Positions 25,359 to 38,736 of a stretch of 64,000 nt of DNA are shown here, one piece after another. Where the stretch lies: assembly GCA_046563655.1 (NCBI GenBank), contig CM102286.1, forward strand, positions 558,001 to 622,000. The letters run 5' to 3'. Source of the DNA: Yuukianura sp. NJ FZ-2021 (lineage: Eukaryota). The notes beneath the pieces are model-generated. The model was not told the origin of the DNA and made no database searches. It saw only the letters and a list, made by a program, of their open reading frames with translations. How positions within the stretch are numbered: position 1 is the stretch's first letter; every line of letters starts with the position of its first letter. Position numbers and translations under genes: made by a program.

Positions 25359-26006
25359 ATGGAACAAGATTTCGAAAACCAGGGCCCTGAGGAAGTGACG
25401 TTACGTGACGTTATTTGCGGAGTTGGCGTTCCTCTGGCAACAGAGTCCACAACGTACACTGTAAAACTGTCACCACCAAACCGTCGACACAAAAATTCGC
25501 TACAGTCTTATGCCTTGCGTATAGGAATTGTCCTGGTAATATTTACTCTTGAATCGATTCCAATCAGTTGCGTTGCCATGGGAGCCATTTATGTGGGGAA
25601 AGAGCATTGTCCTGGAAACAAAAATCTTGGTCCTGCGCTGCTCAGTTTCGGAGTGTTTTCGCTTTTTCTTGGAATCTCCATACCATTGAGGGCCGCATTT
25701 TCAGGAAAATGTGGTAAGAACAGGGCATGTAATTTCCTAGGCTCCTGTTTTACGGCATTTCAAATTTTGACGGTGTTGGCAACCATTGGTTTAGCCATTT
25801 ACATTGGTTTGATTGTATTTACGTTACATCCGATAGTTACGTACGACAGACCTCCGCAATTTCGAACTCCGGAAACAACTCAAGGTCAATACACTTTTTA
25901 CTGTCATCCAACCCTTTTCATTTTTTCATTTGTTTTGGCAATTATCTTTTTAGTCATCGCCGGATTGTGTGGAATTATAATTATACCTGTTTGTTCTTGT
26001 TCTTAG
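25359..26006 (+). CDS. Four-TM membrane protein, TMEM272-like
   Basis: 215-aa ORF with four hydrophobic segments. The patterns IPISCVAMGAIY...HCP and YCHPTLFIFSF resemble the TMEM272-like family (recalled). Confidence 0.65.
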   Translation: MEQDFENQGPEEVTLRDVICGVGVPLATESTTYTVKLSPPNRRHKNSLQSYALRIGIVLVIFTLESIPISCVAMGAIYVGKEHCPGNKNLGPALLSFGVFSLFLGISIPLRAAFSGKCGKNRACNFLGSCFTAFQILTVLATIGLAIYIGLIVFTLHPIVTYDRPPQFRTPETTQGQYTFYCHPTLFIFSFVLAIIFLVIAGLCGIIIIPVCSCS

Positions 26007-27340
26007 TAAAATTTTGAATTCTAAAATTTCAACATTCTGAATAAAAGCTTAACAAATATTTTGTGTCCCCCCGTGAAATTTTAAAAATCAATAAAACCTA
26101 TACTTTCTCCAAATGGAAAAAATGGAAGGCACTAAATTCTAAATGAGCAATGCTTTTTCTGCTGAACGTCGTTGGGTCACGTGACACATTTGCATCGGAG
26201 TGGTTCTCGTGCCCGCCAAAATTCAAAGTTCCCGCTTTGAATTTGAGTAAATCTGAGAGAGTAGTAGTCACTTGAGCCGCACCGTCCATTGACACTCCCC
26301 GGGGTCACTCCGAGAGAGAAAGCCCAGGAAAATAATCATAAATCAAGAGGCTTAATGGGAAAATTCATTGTTCCAAATCACCCTCCCTCTTTTGGCCATA
26401 AGCAAACAGGAGGAGTCGCATCTCATCTTCTTCTGCCTAAAAACATCTTTTGTCATTTCAACCCCCCCCCCCTAAGGGGGTGGGGGAGGGGTGACGTCTT
26501 TTGTGAATGGAACCATCGAACCATAACTAGAAATATGGATTATGATTATAACAATATGGAGAGAGTGAGAATAACAATTAAGAAAGTAGTTTCTCCTTTC
26601 AAAAGTAATCTTAATGACTAGCAATTTCAAAACTACCCGCTGTTTCATAAGGAGTGTCGTCAGAATTGGAAAATTATAAAAAGTTGTGACTCATGTTCAA
26701 ACATCTTCATCTCTCCCCTACATGCCAACACTCAAAAATTTTTTTGTCATTGTACAACTACCACAACAAAAGTGTCAAAAGTTATGAGGAATTTCAAACT
26801 TGAAAAAAAAAACACGCGTGGTAGAAAGTGTAACAAAGTGTAAAATTTTCAACATTTTCTCTCTCTTTTGTATCAAACGTTCCAAAGCGTCACTTTCGCC
26901 ACACAATTCAAATTCAATAGAAATTTTGAAATTCAAATTTTGAAAATGAAAATGCTAGAGTAAGGTACGGTGAAATGGAGGAGTTGAATGGAGTTAAAAT
27001 TAGTTTTTGCTTTGACTTTCATCTTCTTAGCATAGATTTCCAATTGAGTTCCGGACTAAGACTATCTTGAGCTTTCTGGTTTGATTGATCTTCAGAGAAA
27101 ATAGAATTTTGAAAGAGGAAATTGAATATTCAGTCCATTAGGTTTAGAACAAAGGAGAAAGTTTGCTTATGGAAGGAGAAACTAAATTCAAGTTTGGTTT
27201 CAGCGAGAAAAGTCAAAAATTCAAAACGCTCTAAACAGTAAATCAAGGAACTTCAAACTAGGAATTGAGTTTAACAGTTTAAAAGAAAAAGTTTTAAAAA
27301 AAACTGAAAGGATTGTGACAATGACAGGATTATTTGTTAA

Positions 27341-27921
27341 AGCCTATTTCACACTTACAATGAACGTGGCAGCGATATTGCTGCACATCAAAATTGGCAT
27401 CAAAATTGGTAGTGTGAAATACAAATTTTGATGCCACCAATATTGGTGCAGGCCTTGCACCGATATTGCTGCTGCACTTTTCTGGATTCGATTTTCGAAT
27501 CCGAGAAGGTGCTGCAGAAAAATTGCCGGTCTCTGATTGGGTCATATACTTCCCGCGCACAATTCAAATTATGAAACTGAGTTTTGTCTCAAGTAGTTTT
27601 TCACTTCCATCACTTCTCATTTGAGATTCGAATTCCAATAATGAAAATAACTACTGAAGTTAATCAGTAAGGAACTGATTAACGTTCCAAGTAAGTTCGT
27701 GAATGAAGGTGATTATAATTAAACACTATTTGCTTTAATTCTTACATTAATTTCACAAATAACTATTTAACTTATTTGTCTCATCCCATATGTTCTGTCA
27801 CAATATTGGTGTCACTCAAATTGGTAGTGTGAACGATCACCCAATTTGAGTGGCTTTAAAATTGGCCAATGAAACTGCCAGGAATATCGCCGACACGTTC
27901 ATTGTAAGTGTGAAATAGGCT
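27341..27921. mobile_element. PIF/Harbinger-type MITE, 581 bp
   Basis: 28-bp perfect TIR AGCCTATTTCACACTTACAATGAACGTG, extending to ~39 bp with 2 mismatches. 3-bp TSD TAA at 27338-40 and 27922-24. Confidence 0.9.
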
Positions 27922-28971
27922 TAAGGCAAAAATTCTAGAACGTGACAGTTTGCTTTTTGAAATAAAATTCAGGCTAAGTGGGTGTGGCAGTTACATTTTT
28001 ATTTATCATTTTTTATTTTCAAAAAAAAGCGGGAAAGTTTATTGTTCAAAAGTTGGTTCAAAAAATGTCACAATCGTTTCTTTTTTGCCTTTGACAGCCC
28101 CAATTTGTCCTGTTCTTTTCGTTTTTACCCCTTTTTCTGCCTTTGTTATGATTATTTATTGCTTCCAAAAAGGTTTTGGTTGTGGCGCGAAAATTTTTAT
28201 GTATGGCGGGACAAAGATTTTTTAAAAGTTTCAAAATCAGACCTGGCGGGAACTTTTGAAAAACGACTCGTTTGCAGTGTAGTGATGATGAAGTGTTTTG
28301 TCGTTTCACTTTTACTAACAAATGTTTGTTCTCACTTTGAAAACAAACCAAACAAAACATTTTCGCGCTTTTCAAAACTTTTCGCACTCGTGCTCATAAA
28401 TAAAGTCCATGTTGACAAGAAACAAAGTTTAAAAAAAGACGCGCTTTTTGTAAAATTTCTTTGTTCTTTATAATCATTTGGCAATGTTCGTTGCCAGGTT
28501 GTAACGATGTAATAATTTACTTTTTCGAAAATTTTATGTAATGAGAAATCGTAAAATGAAACAAACTTTTTTTAAAAAGTTTTTTTTAGTAGTTTCTAAG
28601 CCAAGTTCTTAGAGTTAGAAATTGTTTAGTATCGTGACTAATGTTGGTGTGTGTCCTTTCGTAAGTGGTTTGTTGTTCCGGTCGAAGGAGTTTTTGGCAC
28701 CGAAGATTCGAATTTCCCTCTTCTCAGGCGCGCTTGTGGCGCGAAGTTTGTGAAATATTTGAAATGCAGTTGCCAGTTGTTGGTTTCCTAAACTTTAGGC
28801 TCTTTTTTGAGTGGAGACAAATGGCTAACTGTGACATGGCAAAATGGAGTCTCCAGAAACCGGGGGGTAATCAAGTGAACGCGGGAAGTTTGAATCCTTG
28901 GCACATTCCAGAGTGCAGCTATTCCTCAGAATTCTTTCCAGGGCTACGCTATTCCTCAGAATTCCGAAAGT

Positions 28972-31900
28972 TCAGACGTAACGAGCCAGTTGGGCATAGA
29001 GGTCCTGCAGTTCTGGAAGGACATGACTCCACTTCGGCCGGTCGTCATCTTCCCATGTCCAGCACCCTGTCATGGCCGAGTACCTACAGTCAATCATATG
29101 TTAGACTAAAAGTTAAGTTAGGTTAGACTAAAGCTATGCTAGGCTGAAGTTTTGTTAGACTAAAGTTTTGTTACGGTGATTTTGAGTAATGGACAGTTTC
29201 AAAAAAAAAATCAGGCGGGAGAGTTGAAAGTGAAGAGGTTGAGTTTGAGGATCATTAGATTTATGAGATGACAGATCGGAGGTGTCCGTCGGAGTCAGAG
29301 GTTTAGAGTGTCTTGGGAAGAGTCAACTTACAGTTCATCGGGACAGTTGAGAGGCTGTCCAAGGCGGTACCCTTTCCTCAGAAAAGTCAGAACTTCCGTC
29401 ACTTGGATTTCAGCGTAGGGTTGCTGAGCTAAAGTAAAAAGTTCCCACAGCAGGACACCAAACGACCACTGAAATGTAGAAAATGTCAGCGGTTTAAGAA
29501 AATTTATCACTTTACAACTTTCAAATAATTTCAAAATTTCAAAAATCAAGGTCAAAGGTCACAGGTCAAATTCTTACCATGTCGCCTGGAGCAGAACTCC
29601 TATTGGCCAAAATGACCTCCGGCGGAGACCATTTGATTGGTCGATTTTCGAAACCACTGAGGCTGTGATAGTCGTCCGGAAATAAATCTCTCACGAGAGC
29701 TGAATCGCTGACTTTCACATTCAACTGATCATCAACACTAAAAATGCAAAAAAAATAAACTTTTTTGAATTTCCCGCATTTCTTTTGAAAATTGACCAAT
29801 GACCATTAGGGAGACGATTGAAAGCATTGTACTGTAATGCATCGAAGTGAAACGGCCAAAAGTGAAAGTGCTCCGGAAATAAATTGTTGCACTTTCACTT
29901 TTTCTAACAACAAAGTATCTCAACTTTCGTTTTTTTTTATGGGTATGTTTCAAACTACAAAACTTTTTCTTTTGACTTGACTTTTGCTCTTTTCTTGAGC
30001 CAAAACGGAAGATCGGATGTATTTCGGAAGTCATTTTTTATGAGCAGACGGAGGTCAAGCGTATTGTTTCCAAAGAAAAAGCATCATCTAACTGCGGATG
30101 TCATAAAAATCGGAGACTTTTACAAGTTTTTCGAAATTTCGAGAAAAAAAAACCTTACATGCAGTTCCTTGCAGCAACGTCTCGGTGGACGACGTTCTGT
30201 CGATGGAGGAATGCTAAGCCACTTCCAATTTGAATGGCCATGTGAACAACTTCTTGGGCTGAAATTGGTCTGCCAGGACCAGATCTACAACGCTGCAAAA
30301 ATCTGGAAGAAAAGAGAGAAAGTTATAAAAAATGGCTCAACTGCTCCCGGTATTCCCCACTGTCATAAACAGAAACTTGAAACAATTTTAGTTAACCAAA
30401 AAAATACGAAAAACTTCCGAAAAAACGGAAGTGAAAAGTAAACTTCATAAAAACCGAAAAAAATTTACTGCTAAACCCACAACATAAAATTTAAAAATTT
30501 AGACGTTCAGGAAATGAAAACGGAAACCAAATCCGGTTTTTAAGATTTTAAATTTTATCTCCCGCCAAAAGTTTACTTAAAAAGTCACTTCGTGCCAAAA
30601 ATACGAATAAGGCGTTTTTCGATTTTCTAACTTTTACAAACTTCCGTCTTTTGGGGCTAAAATTTTAAATTTCCCACTTCCGTTTTTTCCGGCAAATATC
30701 AAATCTTGGTTTCTGTTTTCGCCATTTGAAACTTTGTTTTTCGCGGTTTTCCTTCTTTTTGTGTTGTTTTATGCTTGAACATGTTGAGTGTATACTTCCG
30801 TGTTATGAAAGTTGAAATTTAGGCGGGAGAATAAATTGCATGTCATGGAAATATAAAGTTATCCGTCAGAAGCAGACTGTTTTGAAATGTACATTTGGAA
30901 ATGTAAACTTTCAACATTTGGTTTATTAGTGCAATTAGTAAATTAATGACGTTGTGCCATTTAACAAGGTACAACTAGCATGTTATGGAAGGGGGTCAGG
31001 GAAGTCAAACGTGTCATGTGACTTGGTGAGAAGGATTTAAACAATAGACTAGTTTTGGAGATTGGAAGTCTGGATAAGGGATTCGTTTTAATGGGGCTCA
31101 AGTCAAGCAAGACAAGGGTTCGATTCCAGCAGCAGTCACTTTTTTTTCTTGGAAAAGTTTCTCTGAAGCACGCCACTATGTACACTTTTTGAAAAACACC
31201 CACTTTTTGAAAAACACCCTCCCTTTTCTAAACATGAAAGTTGTGGGTTAAATGAACATTTTTTCAAACAATGGAGCGGAACAAAACATGTTTTTAACAA
31301 GGGTCATGTGCCATGAAAAATGCGATTTCGTTCCACGATAAACAGTTTCAAAATAACGCTTGTTACCATTTCAATTTCTCTGACCACAACAAAAATTGAC
31401 TTTTGACCTCTCAAAAAAACATTTTTTTTTAAAATTTCGAAATTCCTTGAAGTTTGGACTACAATTAAACACGGTGCAGAATAGTGCCTGATAGCTCAAG
31501 GGTTAGAGCTTTTCCTGGATTGAAGAGACTAAGGTTCGAATCCCACTCTGTTAGGATATTTTTTCTGCACTGTTTGCTCTTAAGTCATGTGTATAAATTA
31601 TTGTTAGTAGTGTGAAGAGTTAATTCGACTTTGATCAGTAAATTGCAATTGATTGAGTCAAGAGTTGTACTTAATTTTTTGAAATTAGGGAGCGGGAAAG
31701 CATGAAATGTTGAAGTGATGAGTTGATTACCTCTTTAAATTGCGGAAACCTTCATCAGCGTAGATGAGGAAGGGAGGGGCCCTTTCTTCAGCTGCCACTG
31801 CAATGACAGCAGAGATGTGTTGTTGACGGAGCCCTACGAAGGACAGCCCTTCCTGCAAAAGCAGCGCCATCTGAACTGGACTCGTTTGGTCTACAAACAA

Positions 31901-34900
31901 AAACAACCATAAAAGTTTAAAAGTAAAAGCAGATAAAAATTTTCCCGCCTGCATTTCAAATCCAACGGCTCATAAGACTTTTCTGAATCCTAGGCGGCAC
32001 AAATTGGCTGTTTGGCAAAGATATCAAAACACAAAGGAGTTTGAACGGAATTGGCTTTTCTGATGTTGGGACATTGTCATTTTAAATCCGAGTGACACAA
32101 AAGACGGCAAATTTCGAAAATTGGCGGATTGAAAAGTGTACAAAGGTTTTGAAATTGGGAGTGCCGCCTTTGACGGTCTATTGTTAGACTAAAGCTGCAA
32201 ATAAATTCTGAAAATAAATTTTACCATTGACAGTTTTGACAATGACGTTCTTCTCGGCTCCATCCTGCTCTAGCACAGTTCCATTGTAGATTTTGGCGAA
32301 AGAACCTTCCAGAATGACGCTCTGTAGACGCACTTTGCATCTGAAACAAAAAAAAATAAAAATTTTAAAAAAGTTTAAAATTTTAAAAAAGTTGACATTT
32401 TGAAAAAGTTATACTATAGCTAAGATATATCAAAAAAAAAAAGGAAAAAAAATTGTGGACAGTTAGGGTGCTTGTGAGGGGAAAAGGGCCAAAATTTCAT
32501 CATTTTTTTAGTGAAAGTCTTGACCTACCTTGGAATGGTCATCATTTCAGCGAGTTTGTTGCCATGACAACGCGTGTCCTGGTTGCCATGGCAACTGGAG
32601 GGCTTGTAGGTGTTGTTGGTTGACACTTCGGAGTAGAAGGGGGGTTCCGTGTTGGCATAGTAACCTGAGAAGATGCAGTCTGAGCTCTGGCGGGTGGAGA
32701 GGGATGAGTAATGATGGGCGGGTGAGTCAGGGCGAGTGAACAGGCTCCCACCGGATGCAGATCCAGAAGATCCATTCCCACTCGAATCTCTGCCATTAGA
32801 CAACAATCACACTAACATTCCACTTTCCAACATCATTCCACATCATCATTCCACATTTGAGAACATTCCACATCATCGTTCCACATTTGAGAACATTCCA
32901 CATCTTCATCTCTCACCACTTATCCGCAATATATCTTTCTCAAATCACCCCAAAACCAGCAGGCCACTTCCTTTCTCCATTCCCAGAACCATTACTCTTT
33001 ATGCTGACCTCAACTTAACTTTTTTGAAAAAAGTTTCTGGATTTCTGTATTTTTTTTTTGAAAAACTTACACATGAAGAAATCCATTTGACTCTGCATTG
33101 TGTCCGTCTTTTTTGGTCCGAGTGAAAGCAAAGGCCGCTACGGTGAGGACAATCAAAATAAAAACGAGGCCGGAAATGGCTCCAACCAGCACAAAAATCC
33201 AATTCGACTCTCCTGCTATTTCGTCAGTGTCCAAGGTTTCCAAATTTGAATTTTCCGAAATTGGTTCAACTTTTCCCGCTTTTTTGAAATCACTTTCTTT
33301 TGAAATCTTTTTGTCTTTTGAATTGACTGACGTTGGGTGGCCTCCAGAAACAACCACTGCATGACCTCGTTCCTTCTTTATCTTCTGGGGATCTAAAAAA
33401 GAAGCAGGAACAATGGATTTGAATTAGTCGGGAAAAAAAACCACGCCCACAAATTCCTTTGCGTCAAAAGTGATGTATTACTCAATTAAATGCATGTAAA
33501 AATGTGTAAAATGTGTAAAAATAAACACATTCATGTGTAAAATACACACATTCATGTGTAAAATGTTTACCTCTTAAGCAGATTCTTCTGCGCTTGAGGA
33601 CAATGGTGGTGACATTGAGTGTGCGCAGATGAGTCATGGACGTGACATTGATGCGCAGCTCAAAATTGACTTCGTCACTTGTCGTGCCAGTGCATGGGAA
33701 AAACACTTGAAATGTTTGAGTCTCCGTGGGAATGTTTCCTTTAGAAGAAATATTTAGAGATGGCTTGACCATGGCCTCTGAATCACTGAATTCCATCGAC
33801 ATGGTGTACGGCAACTTTCAAAAGAAATTCAAAATTTTGAAACTTTTTGAAATTTTGACCTAACCCAATCACACTACCATTTCTTGTACTTTAACAAACT
33901 CATCTCCGGTTCTGGTTAGACTCTTTGACACATGAAAGGATTTGAATCAATCAGAGCCCTTATTGTAAGCAGACGAGCAACTGGGAGCCCTTGGATCCAC
34001 TTTTATCCAGAACCCTTAAGGGAGCCCTTGACATGTCATAGGCAGGGTACTTATCAGTCCTATTTTGAGAAATGAGATTCTGGAGGGAGATTTAAACCTT
34101 TAGTCGGTGGAGATCTTTACAGAAGGTGCGGCACTTCATTGAAAACACTTTTCTCTGACGTCAATCAAACCATTGAAGGCTCCCGTAATCTCCTTACCAA
34201 AATCTCATTTTCAGTCCAACGCCTCTCCAATTTCCAAAGTTCGGATTTTGAAACTTTTTTTTTTAAATTTTAAAACTTACCGCTTTTTGTCCCAGTGTCT
34301 GCCAAGTAAAGTGGAGACCATCTACTTGTGGAGGAACTGGAACGGTGAACTGAAGAGCATAAACATTTGGAACTCCCTCGCGAACATAGTAAAGCTCATT
34401 CGACAATCCTGTAAAAATTTCAAAATTTTGAAAAATTATGACAAAATCTTGACACTTTTAGAAATTTTGTCGAAGAATTTCTTTTTTGAATATAATAGGT
34501 TAGGTGTGAAGACGAAAAGAGCGGCTATTAACGAAAATTTAATTTTCAAAGTTGGACAAAAGACTTAAGCTTTATCGTTTTAAATCTCCCTCTCTTTTCT
34601 TTTCGAAAAATTCCTTTCAAAATTTCTGCTCAAAATCGTAATCTCATTTCAAAAGAAAAAGTAAATCTTTCTAGGTTGTGGTGCGGCTACTAATTGGACG
34701 TAAGACAGTCTCCACCGCTTTGGCTTTTTTTTTTTCGAAAAACGGAATTTCTTTTCAAAAACTCCAATTTGTCCAATTTGAAGGCGAAATTCAAAAGAAG
34801 ACACGAAAGCCCGCGCTTTTCTTTTGCTCTAATCTCATTTCCTTGCTTTCTCCCCTCTTTCTCTCTCTTCTCAAATTTCTGATCTCTCTACTTTCTCTTC

Positions 34901-37900
34901 TCATCGCCATAGTTTCTTCACCAATCCAGGCAACAAGAGATTTCAATTTCCACTTCCGGCAGATTCAAAATGAAAAAAAAGTTCCCACTTCTTCAAAATG
35001 CTAATTTTATTTTCCCCCATTCTCATCTCAAGTCAAAAACTCAACTCTCAAAAGTCAAAGAGAACTCAGCTCTCGAAAAGTTCTGAATATTTATAAGCAC
35101 AGTTTCTCCACTACTCAAGTGCGATTCCATTTCTAAAGTTTTACTTTGCACCTACCATGCTAGAAAGCGTTTAGTTCAACGTTAGGTTAACCAAAAGCCC
35201 GGGAAATTTTTAGAAAGACAAAATTTCAAAATTTGACACTTGCGGAAATGATTGTTTTGGTTTTTTGAAACAAACGGAAGTTCATCCAGGAAAATCCCCG
35301 CTGTGAAAAAAGTGCCATACAAAGAAAAAAAAATTTTTTTGTTCAATTTTCAAAAATCTATTTTTGCCAGTTTGAAACTTCAGTTTGGTAGAATATTTTG
35401 TTCTCGGAGCTTGGTAGGCTAACTTAACCTAACAATTTAGGTGAATTGAGTATATTTGTATATAAATCTATGAATATATAATATAAATCTATAAATGTAA
35501 ATATATATATTTGAGAGTGGTTGGTAGTTAGAAGTGGATTTTGAGCATCTGGATGATGGTGAAAATTGGAGGGGTGGAATTGGTTGGTTGTTAAATTGTT
35601 GGAGCTTCTCAATCCAGGACCCCAATCTGCCCAACTCTGCTTCTCTTTTGTTACAAATTGAGTTGACAGCGGGAGTTTGGTCACACATTTCAAATGCCCG
35701 GAACTGGGCGTGATTTTGATGCAAATGAAGGGAACTTTAGACAAGAGGGACATTTTACAGACAGTTGGACTTTTAAACAGTTCGAACAAGAAACAAGGAG
35801 AAAGGACCAGAAAATTAAACGGAATTAATCAGCAGGAGAAAGCAGGATTTCAACAATTTAATTTACTCAAATGAAGATTTCGACATGCTGAAAAAATTTA
35901 AATCGGAACAAAGCAAAACTTTTCTTTTTCAACAAGAAATTGTTAATTTCATTTCCTACTTTACAACTTTTTCATTGCTTTTCCATTTAAAAGTGAAAAA
36001 AAAGTTTTATATATTTAGCTTTCAAAACTTTTCTTCTCAAAAGATTTGAAATTAAACAAATGTTCTCCCATATCCAATTGAAAACCAACTCAAAAAATAT
36101 AAAAGCATTAAAAAGTTTTGCAACTTTTCCACTCTAGTCAACTTTCACATTTCATTAAAATTAGTTTTCGAAATTTCTTTTCTGAAATTTCAAAGAATGA
36201 GGAAACCTTTCAAAAAACAAAGCCATGTAAATTAAAATTTTCAAATTAATTTTCAATTCTACCTACAAGAACAAAGAAAGCAGTTGCCCGCCAATCAGCT
36301 TTGAGAGAAAGCTAAACACAGGACGGGGAGAAAATTCAAATTTTGAAAAGTTGAAAGTTGAAGCACAAAATCAATCATTTCCGCCAATTTGGTTTTGATT
36401 CTGAACTTATTCATTTTGTTTTCAATTTTGAAATTTCCTTCTGCCTTGTTTTGACCTGGAAAAAATTGAAGTGGAAAAATGTGTTGACCCCTTCTCGTGA
36501 GCCCCCTTTAATGCTTGGTCCAATTCAAAATCTTGAATGGAATCAACCTCCTGCTGTTTGTGCTTAGTAACGACCGTAGTTGAGCATAATAGACACATTT
36601 CATCTTCCGAAAGTTTAAATTTTCCCTCACTTTTGTCATAAAGATGAAAATGCAGGAAGTAACTACTGCTGGTTTCGAGTAACAAGAGAAAGATCATCTG
36701 TTCCTCCCTGGGTTCAAAGAAACGGAATAAATAATAGACTTTTGTTAGGGTTTAAGGGTACGCAGGGTTAGTTTAAGGGTACATAGGTTAGGCTAAGGGT
36801 ACAACAAAAGAATAAGAATTAAGGGCCATTGTCAAGTACTTTTTGGAAAAGTTGGCAGCATCCAAAATAAGAGTCAATTGAGATGAGAATTTGGGAACAA
36901 AGAAAATTTTGTGGGGTTTTGGAACGGAACAGTTGATTGGTGCAATATTTTCATTCTGAACAATTCTTCTCAAAACCACTTTCAAAAGCAAACAATTTCC
37001 ACACAAATTTTGAAATTTTCATTTTTCAAAAGGATTTGAAAAAAACATTCTGGAAAATTGGTCTGACATTTCTGGAATTAGTTTACGACATGATGACCCA
37101 GTAATAAATAAAATAAATAAACCAGTAAACTAGTATAATAAATTTTTAGTATAACGTGTAAATAAATCACTGAAAATTTGAATGTCGCTCCTTTTGTGAA
37201 CTCTGTAAAACAATTCATCAAAAACAGGTTTTTTAAAAGAAGCGGTCCAATTTAAATTTCGTTTTTGAAAAAAAAAAAGTAGTTTAAATTTTTAACAACG
37301 TATCATCACTTTCCTTAAAAGGACAAAATGATACTTCCAATACCAAAATGGATGTTTTACAATAACAGTAATTGATTGATTCAAAATTTTGAATTTCTTT
37401 AAATTTTGAAAGTTTATTTTTTGGTATAGTGTTTTTGAGTTCCTGCTCCTTAAAGGCTCCAAGAGCCCTTAGTCCTCCTGTCATCACCTGATGATTCATT
37501 TCTTTCAAAAATCTACTTTTCTTGGCATCTTTCCTAAACCTAATGGTCTTAACCCATAAACCTAGCACAACCTCACTAATAACCAGAAAAAGTTTTCAAA
37601 ATTTTATTTTTTGAAAAAATAATGTAGAAGACAGTCTCTCGGGAGAGGTTTTTTGAAATATTAGAAAGTTAAGAAGTGCCACCATATGTTGCACCAGAGC
37701 TCAAACTTCTAAGGGGGGAGAACAGGCCCTGGAATTCAGTTTGAAGTTTTTGGAAAATATAAGTTATTAAGTGCTGATTGAAATATTTCCATACAAGGGA
37801 ACCGGGAAATTTCGAAAATTACTTCTGGTGGGTCTTCCTTTTTTTGAAAAATAGTTTAACACAAATCCTTTTAGCACTGAAAAATAGTTACTCTCTCCAG

Positions 37901-38736
37901 CTTCTTCCAAAATGAAAAAAAAATAAAGTTCAAAGACTTCTCACCCTGAAGCACTTTCAAAACAAAAGCGAAACTGGTTTTCAATTTAAACACAAACTAG
38001 AAGTCGTTTGATAAGTCAGCTGACATGACACCTACATCAAGACCCTAATTACAAAAGTTTTAATTACTATTTATCAATTAGCAATGACTCATTTTCAAAA
38101 AGGAAAGTTTAAAAAAACGAGGCTACCCAAATTCAGTAGTGAAACTTTTTTGAAAAGTGGAATTTGATTAATGAGATACAAAATACGACATGTTGGAAAA
38201 TGAGGTGCAGAATCTCCCCCCATATTGTTAAATTGAGAAATAATATTTATGCTGTCAAAAATGAATGATGAATTGGTAGAGTCCAGATACACTTAACATC
38301 CCATCCATCTCAATTCTAGACAGATTTGAATATGTTTAAAAATTTAAACACAACCGCCCTAGAGGCGGCACTTTTAAATTTCAAAACTAGCTTGGGAACA
38401 TGATCTCATCAGTCATCACAAATTAGTGATGCAAGATGCATGTTGAGGAAATGGGTTTGAAGACATGCGGTCAATGTCAAAGGTCATGAGCAGTTTCAGA
38501 GGACATTAGACAGATACATGTCATCAAGCAACTTGAAACATAACGAAATGCACAATTTCAAGATAACTGAAATTTGTGCTTTTATAGTTGAATGTTGTGT
38601 TTGTTATTTGTTATGTTTGGTTTTTCTTACCTAGTAACCTCTTGACCTCGTCCACTCCAATGTATAAGTTAAAGGATCCTTCGATTCCACACAAAGCACT
38701 TAGCAACACAAAAACCGAAATCCAAAAACTTGCCAT
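28972..38736 (-). CDS. RYK: RYK/Derailed/Doughnut-family Wnt receptor (WIF domain, TM, pseudokinase)
   Basis: Eleven exons (approximately 38736-38631, 34408-34281, 33816-33571, 33392-33071, 32789-32529, 32340-32226, 31890-31731, 30302-30159, 29737-29578, 29468-29331, 29082-28972). WIF motifs LYYVREG and LKRRRIC, a TM helix, kinase motifs EGSFAKIY, VIVKT, HRDVAARN, DSALVRDLFP (DFG replaced), RPIKW and QPLNCPDEL, and a C-terminal YV* PDZ-type end. Confidence 0.93.
31472..31572 (+). other. tRNA-derived element (SINE head or tRNA pseudogene) in a RYK intron
   Basis: A box/D-arm TAGCTCAAGGGTTAGAGC (31492) and B box GGTTCGAATCCC (31533-31544), followed by a T-run. No clean anticodon or acceptor stem. 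Flanked by the inverted GTGCAGAA/TTCTGCAC. Confidence 0.6.
32813..32910. repeat. 30-bp tandem repeat (~3 copies), intronic in RYK
   Basis: CATTCCACATCATC.TTCCACATTTGAGAA repeated. Confidence 0.8.

Noticed and set aside
27950..28473. Overlapping ORFs of 91-163 aa
   Set aside because: Low-complexity AT-rich sequence downstream of the RYK stop, probably 3' UTR or intergenic.
31486..31556. Functional tRNA gene
   Set aside because: The acceptor and anticodon stems do not pair convincingly; kept only as a tRNA-derived element.
32736..33125. His-rich + strand ORF (HHSTFENIP repeats)
   Set aside because: It is antisense to RYK and derives from an intronic 30-bp tandem repeat.
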